Assembly: GCF_902652985.1 (NCBI RefSeq) | Contig: NC_047033.1 | Location: 26,288,001 to 26,352,000 of the forward strand | Direction: 5' to 3' | From: Pecten maximus | Taxonomy: Eukaryota | Length of the DNA stretch: 64,000 nucleotides | In this document: piece after piece, positions 1 to 12,200 of the stretch | Layout of the letters: each line of letters starts with the position of its first letter | How positions within the stretch are numbered: the first letter of the stretch is position 1 | Made by a program: the position numbers and the translations under genes | Notes under the pieces: model-generated | The model's input: the letters and a program-made list of their open reading frames with translations, nothing else | Database searches by the model: none | What the model was told of the DNA's origin: nothing

Positions 1-237
1 TGGAAATTAAGTTCGCCCATGATGAGTTCTTGTGATGTGACAGCGTTTCGTTATTATAAGAAGTATTTGTCAAAGAGTATAGACCAGATCGTACAATACG
101 TTGGGTGTGTTACTGGGAAACCCCCGGATTCCTTCTACAGATACACACATGGAAATGTGCTCATCATGTTATTGTACGCAAGGAATGTTTATGTCAATAC
201 CTGTTTACATCGCTAATATATTTAAGAAATGCTATTC

Positions 238-2527
238 GTTTATACCTCCATTACACACGGATAATCCCACGTGTTTACCGATTGTTTATACCATTAATAA
301 ACACGGATAATCCCACGTGTTATACCGCCATTACACACAGATAATCTCACGTGTTTATACCTTCATTACACATTGATAATCTCACGTGTCTATACCGCCA
401 TTACACACGGATAATCCCACGTGTTATACCTCCATTACAGACGATAATCCCACGTGCTTATACCTCAATTACACACGGATATTCCCACGTGTTATACCGC
501 CATTACACACAGATAACCACACGTGTTCTACCGCCATTACACACAGATAACCACACGTGTTATACCGCCATTACACACGGACAATCCAACGTGTTTATAC
601 CTCCATTACACACGATAATCTCACGTGTTTATACCGCCATTACACACAGATTACCTCACGTGTTATACCGCCATTACACACATATAATCCTACGTGTTAT
701 ACCTCCATTACACACGGATAATCCCACGTGTTATACCGCCATTACACACGGATAATCCCACGTGTTTATACCTCCGTTACACACAGATAATCCCACGTGT
801 TATACCGCCATAACCCATGGATAATATCACGTGTTTATACCTCCATTACACACTGATAATCTCGGGTGTTTTTACCGCCATTACACACTGACAATCCCAC
901 GTGTTATACCGCCATTACACACGGACAATCCCACGTGTTTATACCTCCATTACAAACTGATAATCTCACGTGTTTATACCTCCATTACACACGATAATCC
1001 CACGTGTTATACCTCCATTACAGACGATAATCCCACGTGCTTATACCTCAATTACACACGGATATTCCCACGTGTTATACCGCCATTACACACAGATAAC
1101 CACACGTGTTCTACCGCCATTACACACAGATAACCACACGTGTTATACCGCCATTACACACGGACAATCTCACGTGTTTATACCGCCATTACACACGGAC
1201 AATCCCACGTGTTATACCGCCATTACACGCAGATAACATCACGTGTTATACCGCCATTACACACAGATTACCTCACGTGTTATACCGCCATTACAAACGG
1301 ATAATCCGTGTTATACCGCCATTACACACAGATAACCTCACGTGTTTATACCGCCATTACACACAGATTACCCACGTGTTTATACGCATACACACGATAC
1401 CACGTTCCATTACACACATATAATCCTACGTGTTATACCTCCATTACACACTGATAATCCACGTGTTATACCCATACCCGGATATACACGTTAACCCATT
1501 ACCACGGATAATCCCACGTGTTTATACCGCCATTACACACAGATTACCTCACGTGTTTATACCGCCATTACACACGGATAATATCACGTGTTTATACCTC
1601 CATTACACACTGATAATCTCGGGTGTTTTTACCGCCATTACACACTGATAATCCCACGTGTTATACCGCCATTACACACAGATAATCCCACGTGTTTATA
1701 CCTCCATTACAAACTGATAATCTCACGTGTTTATACCTCCATTACACACGATAATCTCACGTGTTTATACCGCCATTACACACAGATTACCTCACGTGTT
1801 ATACCGCCATTACACACATATAATCCTACGTGTTATACCTCCATTACACACAGATTACCTCACGTGTTATACCGCCATTACACACATATAATCCTACGTG
1901 TTTATACCTCCATTACACACGGATAATCCCACGTGTTATACCGCCATTACACACGGATAAGCCCACGTGTTTATACCTCCGTTACACACAGATAATCCCA
2001 CGTGTTATACCGCCATAACCCATGGATAATATCACGTGTTTATACCTCCATTACACACTGATAATCTCGGGTGTTTTTACCGCCATTACACACGGACAAT
2101 CCCACGTGTTATACCGCCATTACACACGATAATATCACGTGTTTATACCTCCGTTACACACGGATAATCCCACGTGTTTATACCTCCATTACACACTGAT
2201 AATCTCGGGTGTTTTATACCGCCATTACACACGGACAATCCCACGTGTTATACCTCCATTACACACTGATAATCTCGCGTGTTTATACCGCCATTACACA
2301 CGGATAATCTCACGTGTTTATACCGCCATTACACACGGATAATCCCACGTGTTTATACCGCCATTACACACGGATAATCCCACGTGTTTATACCTCCATT
2401 ACACACTGATAATCTCGGGTGTTTTTACCGCCATTACACACGGACAATCCCACGTGTTATACCGCCATTACACACGGATAATCTCACGTGTTTATACCTC
2501 CATTACACACTGATAATCTCACGTGTT
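238..2527. repeat. 34-35 bp minisatellite (ttataccgccattacacacggataatcccacgtg)n
   Basis: Tandem periodicity; explains the ORFs at 101-2342. Confidence 0.95.
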
Positions 2528-2693
2528 AGTTGTACTTTTTTATTTTAATTTTTAATATTGCGTAACTCTCTGTTTCAGATAAGAAATCCAATGGGATCCG
2601 GTAACAGTTGAGTATACAGTTAGAGTGAGCAGAAGGACGCGTCCATCGTAAACAACCAATCAGCATAAGTACCTCATTCCTTGTCTCCAAATC

Positions 2694-3249
2694 ATGGCGA
2701 GTGTCAAGGCCGTTCTACGTCACATATACGTCATCATGTCCATGTTTATCACTTTAAGACTGTGTCAGGACGACTATTATGAATGTGAACCCTTACGAGC
2801 ATCTGTGTGCGAGTCTATGCCCTATAATTATACCATATTACCTAATACATTCAACGACAATAGCCAAGACGATGCTATAATCGCCATTAACCAGTACAGT
2901 CCCCTGATGAAAATAGATTGTAGTGTGAGTCTAGTGCCATTTCTCTGCGTCCTGTATCTTCCCGTCTGCACACAAATGCAGACTCCTCTACCTCCTTGTC
3001 GAAAACTGTGCAATGATGTTCGAAACGGATGCGAATCCATCATGAATGAATTCGGCTACATGTGGCCAGAGGAATTTAATTGTGCAAAATTTCCTTCAAG
3101 TGGATTATGTGTTGGTGAAAATCTGACGTCATCAGAAGGGAGCACCTCTATCTGGGCGTTGTCACATCCTCAGTTTACGACCCCCAAACAGATGGCGTCA
3201 CGGCCGATGGACATAACTTTGAAGCCAGGCAACAACGGAGAAAATACGG
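2694..3249 (+). CDS. Gene 1 coding exon 1: signal peptide and Frizzled CRD
   Basis: Hydrophobic N-terminus, then CEPL..C...YNYT.LPN..CS..L..FLC..Y.PVC..PPCR.LC..VR.GCE..M..FGY.WP...C..FP...LC (10 Cys). Upstream acceptor tttcag ends at 2578; donor G|gtaaac at 3250. Confidence 0.92.
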
Positions 3250-6200
3250 GTAAACATTTATTTATTTGCTTTAGCATTATAAATACTAGGTGGCGGATAA
3301 TGTGTAGTTACTGTTACTGGGTGACGGATACTGTGTAGTTACTGATGCTGGGTGACAGTTACTGTGTAGTTACTGATGCTGGGTGACAGTTACTGTGTAG
3401 TTACTAGTTACTGACGCTGGGTGACGGATACTGTGTAGTTACTGATGCTTGGTGACGGATACTGTGTAGTTACTGATGCTGGGTGACGGATACTGTGTAG
3501 TTACTGATGCTTGGTGACGGATACTGTGTAGTTACTGATGCTGGGTGACGGGTACTGTGTAATAACTGTTGCTGGGTGACGGATACTGTGTAGTTACTGA
3601 TACTGGGTGACGGATACTGTGTAGTTACTGATACTGGGTGACGGATACTGTGTAGTTACTAGTTACTGATACTGGGTGACGGATACTGTGTAGTTACTGA
3701 TGCTGGGTGACGGATACTGTGTAGTTACTAGTTACTGATGCTGGGTGACGGGTACTGTGTAGTTACTGATACTGGGTGACGGATACTGTGTAGTTAGTGT
3801 TGCTGGGTGACGGATACTGTTAAGTTCCTGATGCTGGGTGACGGATACTGTGTAGTTACTAGTTACTGATGCTGGGTGACGGATACTGTGTAGTTACTGA
3901 TGCTTGGTGACGGATACTGTGTAGTTACTAGTTACTGATGCTGGGTGACGGATACTGTGTAGTTACTGATGCTGGGTGACGGATACTGTGTAGTTACCTG
4001 GTACTGATACTGGGTGGCGGATACTGTGTAGTTACTGATACTGGGTGACGGATACTGTGTAGTTACTGATACTGGGTGACGGATACTGTGTAGTTACTGA
4101 TGCTGGGTGACGGATACTGTGTAGTTACTAGTTACTGATGCTGGGTGACGGATACTGTGTAGTTACTGATGCTGGGTGACGGGTACTGTGTAGTTACTGA
4201 TGCTGGGTGACGGATACTGTGTAATAACTGATGCTGGGTGACGGATACTGTGTAGTTACTGATGCTAGGTGACGGATACTGTGTAGTTACTGATGCTGGG
4301 TGATGGATACTGTGTAGTTACTGATGCTGGGTGACGGATACTGTGTAGTTACTGATGCTGGGTGACGGATACTGTGTAGTTACTGATGCTGGGTGACGGA
4401 TACTGTTTAGTTACTGATGCTGGGTGACGGATACTGTGTAGTTACTGTTGCTGGGTGACGGATACTGTGTAGTTACTGATGCTGGGTGACGGGTACTGTG
4501 TAGTTACTGATGCTGGGTGACGGATACTGTTTATTTACTGTTGCTGGGTGACGGGTACTGTGTAGTTACTGATGCTGGGTGACGGATACTGTTTATTTAC
4601 TGATACTTGGTGACGGATACTGTGTAGTTACCTGTTACTGATACTGGGTTGCGGATACTGTGTAGTTACTGATACTGGGTGACGGGTACTGTGTAGTTAC
4701 TGATGCTGGGTGACGGATACTTTGTAATAACTGTTGCTGGGTTACGGATACTGTGTAGTTACTGATGCTAGGTGACGGATACTGTGTAGTTACTGATGCT
4801 TGGTGACGGAAACTGTGTAGTTACGGATGCTGGGTGACGGATACTGTTTATTTACTGATACTTGGTGACGGATACTGTGAGGTTACTGATGCTGGGTGAC
4901 GGATACTTTGTAGCTACGGATGTTTGATGAAGGATAATGTTTAGTTACTGGTACTTGGTGACGGATACTGTGAGGTTGTAGTAAGTAAATCTCGGTTAGT
5001 GACTGATTGTTAATGCCTAATGTTAAGTGATTAATTAGCTGTTCTATATATTACTAATTGATCTTTTGTAATAACTTCTTCTTAGTGACAAGTATTTCAG
5101 TAAATTTTAACATAGTGACTATATCATTATCCATCCGATAGCTATATTTTACCACTGAAAGCTTAAAACAACAACCAAAGCTATCATTAGAGAAAGTTCT
5201 GACCTAGCCGGATCAAACATGTACACAAAAATAATTTTCTATTGTCTGAGACTGAGGCATCGCCATCAAAATGACAACCTAATGTAAGATCGCTGAAGTG
5301 TGGCTAAGATGAGCAAGGCTATTTTAACGAAGAACAGTCTTTGATCCCCACCCCAGCTCTCTCCGTAGAACTGAAGAACAACTTCCAGTAAGCACTTTGG
5401 TGATTGATGTCTCGTAGGATGGTTGCGTTATGTTCTGCGGAGTAAGTTATCTTCCCAACAAGGACACTGACAATTTGTATAGTCAGTATCCACGAGGTGA
5501 GGAGGATTGTGATTCCAACTAAAAGGTGAAGAAAAGAGTGTTCATTCTGATTTACTTACATGTATTGCTGAGGAGTAAAACGACAGCGAATACCAGCATG
5601 TGTAACTAATTACCATAATACATAAATTTCAAGGAGCCCTTGAAAAAGTCATACAAAACTTCCTCATAAAAACGTGCAAGTGGACTTGTTCAGAATCTAA
5701 CGGTCAAAGGTCAAGGTCACTGATCTCAGTGTATCTGTTATAAACGTAACTGTTCTCAAAGACTAAGGTTACTTTTCTCACGGGCCAAGGTAACTGTTCT
5801 CAAGGTAAGTATTCTTATACACCAAGGTAACTGTTCTCAAGGTAAGTATTCTTAAACACCAAGGTAACTGTAATCAAGGGCAAAAGCATCTGTTCTCAAG
5901 GTCATTGTTCTCAGGAACAAAGGTTCTCAAGGTCATTGTTTCAAGGACCAAGGCAACTGTTCTCAAAGACCAAGTTATATTAACCGTTCCAAAAGACCAA
6001 GGTAACTTTTCTCAAGGTCATTGTTCTCAAGGACCAAGGTAGCTGTTATTCTGGACTAAGGTAACTATTCTCAAAGACCAAGGTAACTATTCCCAAGACT
6101 AAGGTAACTGTTCTCAGGGTAACTGTTCTCAATGTCATTGTTCTCAAGGACCAAGGTAACTGTTCACAAAGACCTAGTTAACTGTTCTCAAAGTTAATTT

Positions 6201-9200
6201 CTCAAGACCATTATTCACAAGGACCAAGGTAGCTGTTATTCTGGACTAAGGTAACTATTCTCAAAGACCTAGGTAACTGTTCTCAAGGTAACTGTTTTAT
6301 AAGACCAAGGTAACTATTCCCAAGACTAAGGTAACTGTTCTCAGGGTAACTGTTCTCAATGCCGTTGTTCTCAATGACCAAGGTAACTGTTCACAAAGAC
6401 CTAGTTAACTGTTCTCAAGGTAACTGTTCACAAAGATCAAGGTAACTGTTCTCACAGACCAAGGTAACTGTTCTCACAGACCAAGGTAACTGTTCTCAAG
6501 GTAACTGTTCTCAAAGATCAAGGTAACTGTTCTCAAGGTAACTGTTCTCAAGGTAACTGTTATCAAGGTAACTGTTCTCAAGGTAACTGTTCACAAATAT
6601 CAAGGTAACTGTTCACAAATATCAAGGTTACTGTTCTCACATACCAAGGTAACTGTTCTCACAGACCAAGGTAACTGTTCTCACAGACCAAGGTAACTGT
6701 TCTCAAGGTAACTGTTCACAAAGATCAAGGTAACTGTTCACAAAGATCAAGGTAACTGTTCTCACAGACCAAGGTAACTCTTCTCACAGACCAAGGTAAC
6801 TGTTCTCAAAGACCTAGTTAACTGTTCTCAAAGACCTAGTTAACTGTTCTCAGGGTAACTGTTCTCAATGTCATTGTTCACAATGACCAAGGTAACTGTT
6901 CACAAAGACCTAGTTAACTGTTCTCAAGGTAACTGTTCTCAAAGATCAAGGTAACTGTTCACAAAGATCAAGGTAACTGTTCTCACAGACCAAGGTAACT
7001 GTTCTCACAGACCAAGGTAGCTTAACCAGTTGTTTTCTCAAAGATAGAAGATTGCCCAAGATGCCTTTCTATTTAGAGTTACTGAATGTTACTTAAACTG
7101 CATGTATGATGGGACTACTAATTTGTAGGCTCCCGGCATACAAATATTTATTTTACTGTTCTGACCAGGTTCAGCTTAATTGTGTTTAGCTGCACGTGGT
7201 TTTCGGTCGATTCACCTATAGAAGTATGTATTTATAGTTCTGCTCGTAGATGTTTTATAAACAATGCCAAACCGAACGCAGCAAGATAAGTTTATTTAGC
7301 GATTTTTCACCTTTGTCATGTGAACCAAGATCATATAGATTACTTTAGGATTTTTAGGATATCGTTTGCGTTGGAGATCCAAAATTATCATAACCGTAGA
7401 TATTTGGATATATTTAAATGCCTTATAACTTGAGTAAATAATAATTATATTGTGAATATATGACGATACATTTTAACACATGAACGGAAATATCGTATAT
7501 TGTATTTTATAAAAAAAAAACGTTCGTTTTTTTGAACAAAAAATCGTTGTTTACAAACTTCATTGTGTACACACTTTCGTTGTTTTCAAACTTCCGTTGT
7601 TTACAAACGTTCGTTGTTGACAAACTTTCGTTGATCATACAAATATAAATACAACTAATATTGTTTTATTGTGTTATTGTTATGTCATTGTTATTTGGGC
7701 TAACTACGAACGTAGGAGCCCAGGGAATAATTTGAAAGTTTAAAATCACAATAGGAAGTCCACACGAACGTAATACACAGTATTGCTGTAGACAGGCATT
7801 AATGAATTGCGATAACTTCTGTCTAATCCAAGGTTTAAATCGAATCATGAAAGAAATTCGGTTCAATTTGATTAAATAGCCATGTTGATATTTTACATAG
7901 TTTTACATATTGAATCGCCATTGACCACACAGGAAGACAGGGTGTCAAGTCTCAATGTAGTATATAGCAACCCGATAAATTCATTACAAAGACATTTGTA
8001 ACAGAATGCCTCCGCTAGGGATCGAACCCGGGACCTCTGGCTTACTTTCCTTACGTTCAACCGATTGTCGCGAAGAGAGGTTCTCTATCGGAGCGCTGCG
8101 ACGCTGAAAATAATACCTTCGGGTTGCCACGACCCCAAGGATTTTTCTGTATTACACAATTTATAACTCTCGATATGTATCGAAAGGTGCTAATATTTTG
8201 TGCGTTTTTTCTTCTTTCAGACACTGAAATCCCTGTGTTTATCATCCTGTCATCTTTACATAAACTGTTGCTGTATGACGTGTCGACCGGTGACCTGATC
8301 ACACTCTACTCCGGCCTAGACCAGGGCGCGGCTATCGACTACCATTTCGGCCTACAGTGGATTTACTGGGCCAGCCACGGGGACAGCAGGATATACCGGG
8401 GCTCTCTCGCTCTCGACGGTACGTTAGCTTTCTAATGTACCAGCAGAATTCAGTCGCCGAAATATTTTTTTATCTTCCTTAATAATTCAGACGTTTGTTA
8501 AAGTAGCAAGTAGCTGTTGACGCCACACAAATGCGCCAACATTAATCACTGTTATGTCACAAGTCTGAATGAAAAAATGGCCAATTGTCGAGGCAATTAC
8601 GCCTCGTAATGCCGACAAACGTTTAAAATAGGAAAAAATTGTTTGTGTAATCACCGTTACAATTTATAGGGAAACGATGAAAATTCCTCAATTGTCCAAA
8701 TTAGCCGCCGAAATGAACTTGACAACAGATTGACTTTGGATTCTCGCAGACCGAATAAAACACCGTTGTCATTAATAACATTTTTGATGGTGTATTTTGT
8801 TTGTATTGTATTTTGTTTGTAATAAACATTTCGTGTGATAATGTATTTTTGAAGAAGAACAAATACTTCATTGGTGAAAGTTTTTTTTCAATAATCCACT
8901 TACTAAAGCGCTGTTCTTCATTTATGAAGAAAATAAACATCACATCAACAATGATTGTATTTGTAGAAAGTTTTTGACATGTCACAAACGATTGTATTGG
9001 TAGATCAAAGAAATTCTGATACTGTAAACGTGGAGAAAGGGGGACATTTACGCTAATTACTTTCCTTTTTATCGCGAAAAATCCCCCCCCCCCCCCCCCC
9101 CCCCCCGCCGCGTATTATTTTGATATCAATTGCATAATCTCGATCAGCAAGCGAAAGTGGATAGATCGCGAAAATTACCCCAACGCGTATAGTTTAAATG

Positions 9201-12200
9201 TCGAAATCGCGAAATTAACCCCCCGCGAAAATAACCACGTTTACAGTATGTCACAAATGATTGTATTGGTAGATCACAGAAAGTCTGATATGTCACAAAT
9301 GATTCTATTGGTAGATCAAAGAAAGTCTGATATGTCACAAATGTTTCTATTGGTAGATGAAACAAAATATATTATGTAACAAATGATTGTAATGGTAGAT
9401 CAAAGGAATTCTGATATGCCGCCATTGACTATATTTCTAGTTCTGACAGACGTCCATTTGGTAGTTGACTCTGTGTCGTCCTCCATTGAAAGCATTGCTG
9501 TTGACTGGATCACACGTCATCTGTTCTGGATGGAGACATACCCTTCACAGATCAGAGTTGCCACCCTTGAGGGAGAAAATCCTACAATATTATTGGATAA
9601 AGAACTGGCCAATCCGAAGTCTCTGGTCCTTGATCCTATTGAAGGGTAAATCTGAATCCTTGGTAGTCCAGGGGTTACTCCCACTTTCTCTCTTTGCACC
9701 TTTGGAATATATCGTATCAAAATCGAAGGTTTAATCAACACCATCTTGTTGATAGAAAAAGACTAATTTGATAATTTCTTGCTCATTGCATACGAATTTT
9801 GAAGTCGCCATTACCGAAAACGCTGCACGAAATGTATCAGCTTAGCGATTGGTCAGTTTGTTTTTACTGTCACCAATCAAATAGCTAGTTGTGTGGCTCT
9901 GATTATGCAAGGAGCGAAAGTGAACGTAGAAAATGTTGCCTGTGTCACATTGAAGGCGAGCGAGATGTTGTGATAACATTTGTCTTAGTACTATAATTAT
10001 GTTACTGGAGGTTTGGGTGAGAAATTAACACAGATCCAATCGCTCGCTGGGAAAGCCAACAAACAGTTCATTGCTAATATTTTTAATTAACAAATTTCCT
10101 GTGAAAATGTCTGTGTCCTATGAAAATGATATACACTATGTATACAGGTGGATTTGATATTTTCGTGGGCATCATACCGACGTACCTGTTAAATTTCGCG
10201 GGCGAATATGTCGCGGTTGTTCACAGGGGCATGTCTAGTCTTATATTAAAAAATAGCCAGAAATACCTATATATAGGGACTTCTTATTTCTGGCTATTTT
10301 TTAATACAAGACTAGATATGCCCCTGTGGGATGTCCCAGTAAGATCTAGTTCGGGGGTGTTAATCTCGCGCAACCGCGCCTTGTAAACATGTACATAGCG
10401 CTAAAATAGATACTCATGTATGAGTATCTATTTTAGCGCTATAATTAATGACCGCGAATACAACAGAAATAAACCCCCGCGAACATAACAAAATACATTG
10501 TACATAAAATATTTTAACTGATAATTTGTCAGAATATATGCACAAGTTATTTCTCACTAAGGTGAAGATTTGAAAACTTTAAGAAAGAAAGTTTGCCAAT
10601 ATATCATCACTGATGTTTTACGTCACAAACATATGGGCCTGATTTTCACTGTTACAATAACATCCATACATTTTTATATTTACATTACGCGTTGTACTTC
10701 TTTGCTTCGGGTATGAATTTTGTAATTACACCTTGTACGTAATACGTAAATACGGGAATCTGGGATGTCTGCAATATTTAGCCTCCATCTTCGTCTAAGC
10801 CATTCTACAGCCGAGGATTAAAATTGATCGAACGTCTACGCAAGACAGCTTGGTGAAAGGACTCGGCACACACCGCCGATTGGATTAAGCAATGTTATGT
10901 CCAAAACTTTTATGTTTTTCATACACATGTTAGTAGGGTACCATGACACAGAGGTTGGATGAGAAAATAAGATCTATTTCGAGTTACATGGTTCGAAACA
11001 TAGCACATATCATTTACATTGACATTTATCAAACTTGTTCAAGATTGTAATCTAGCGACAGTGATCCAAGCTGATGATAGACAGTATGTTAATCTTAAAG
11101 AACATTGATACATGAACGATAACTAAAACACTGAAACAATGGAGGGAGAGACTGGATACTACGGTGGCTGATTTCAGCGCCGTCACATTTGCGCCCAAAC
11201 CATGCAAAGAGCAACAGTGCGCCATACGAGAAAAATGAACGCATAATAATACAACAAAATTCGTGATAGCGCGACATAAATAAAAATCTGTCGCCATTTC
11301 GGATTTGCAAGGTACTTTTGTCGCGTTGGCGGGGTATATTTTTCGCATGGCGCATTGTCGCTCTTCGCTTGGCGAACTGTCACCCTTCACGTGCACACTG
11401 CGACAATGTGCTGTGCGACAAAAGTGCCCCCCCCCCCCTCCAAAGCGACAAAAGTACCTTGCAAATGCGACAGGATTTGTTTAAGTCGCAATGTCGCGTA
11501 ATTTTGTCGTACGGCGCGTTCATTTTGTCGCATGGCGTATTGTCGCTCTTTGCATGGCGCACTGTCACATGGTCGTTATCACGTAGCGGGGCGCCAATGT
11601 GATAGTACGACAATGTAAGAGTGCGACAATTTGAGAGTGCGACAATGTGAGAGTGCGACAATGTGAGAGTGTGACAATGTGATAGTGCGACAGTGTGAGA
11701 GTGCGACAATATGAGAGTGCGACAATGTGAGAGTGCGACAATGTGAGAGTGTGACAATGTGAGAGTGCGACAATGTGATAGTGCGACAGTGTGAGAGTGC
11801 GACAATATGAGAGTGCGACAATGTGAGAGTGCGACAATGTGAGAGTGTGACAATGTGATAGTGCGACAATGTGAGAGTGTGAGAGTGTGACAATGTGAGA
11901 GTGTGACAATGTGAGAGTGCGACAATGTGAGAGTGCGACAATGTGAGAGTGTAACAATGTGAGAGTGCGACAATGTGATAGTGCGACAATATGATAGTGC
12001 GACAAGTTGACGTGTGATAGTGCAACAAGTTGACGTGTGATAGTGCAACAAGTTGACGTGTGATAGTGCAACAAGTTGACGTGTGATAGTGCAACAAGTT
12101 GACGTGTGATAGTGCAACAAGTTGACGTGTGATAGTGCAACAAGTTGACGTGTGATAGTGCAACAAGTTGACGTGTGATAGTGCAACAAGTTGACGTGTG

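Noticed and set aside
101-2342. Many overlapping His/Thr/Tyr-rich ORFs
   Set aside because: They are translations of the 34-35-bp minisatellite in several frames.
3250-3338. C-terminal part of ORF 2694..3338 as a stand-alone secreted CRD protein
   Set aside because: It reads through a phase-compatible donor into intron and repeat sequence. Intron retention cannot be excluded.
8005-8075. tRNA-like sequence on the - strand (ggttcgatccc B-box)
   Set aside because: No complete cloverleaf is visible; probably a SINE head remnant.
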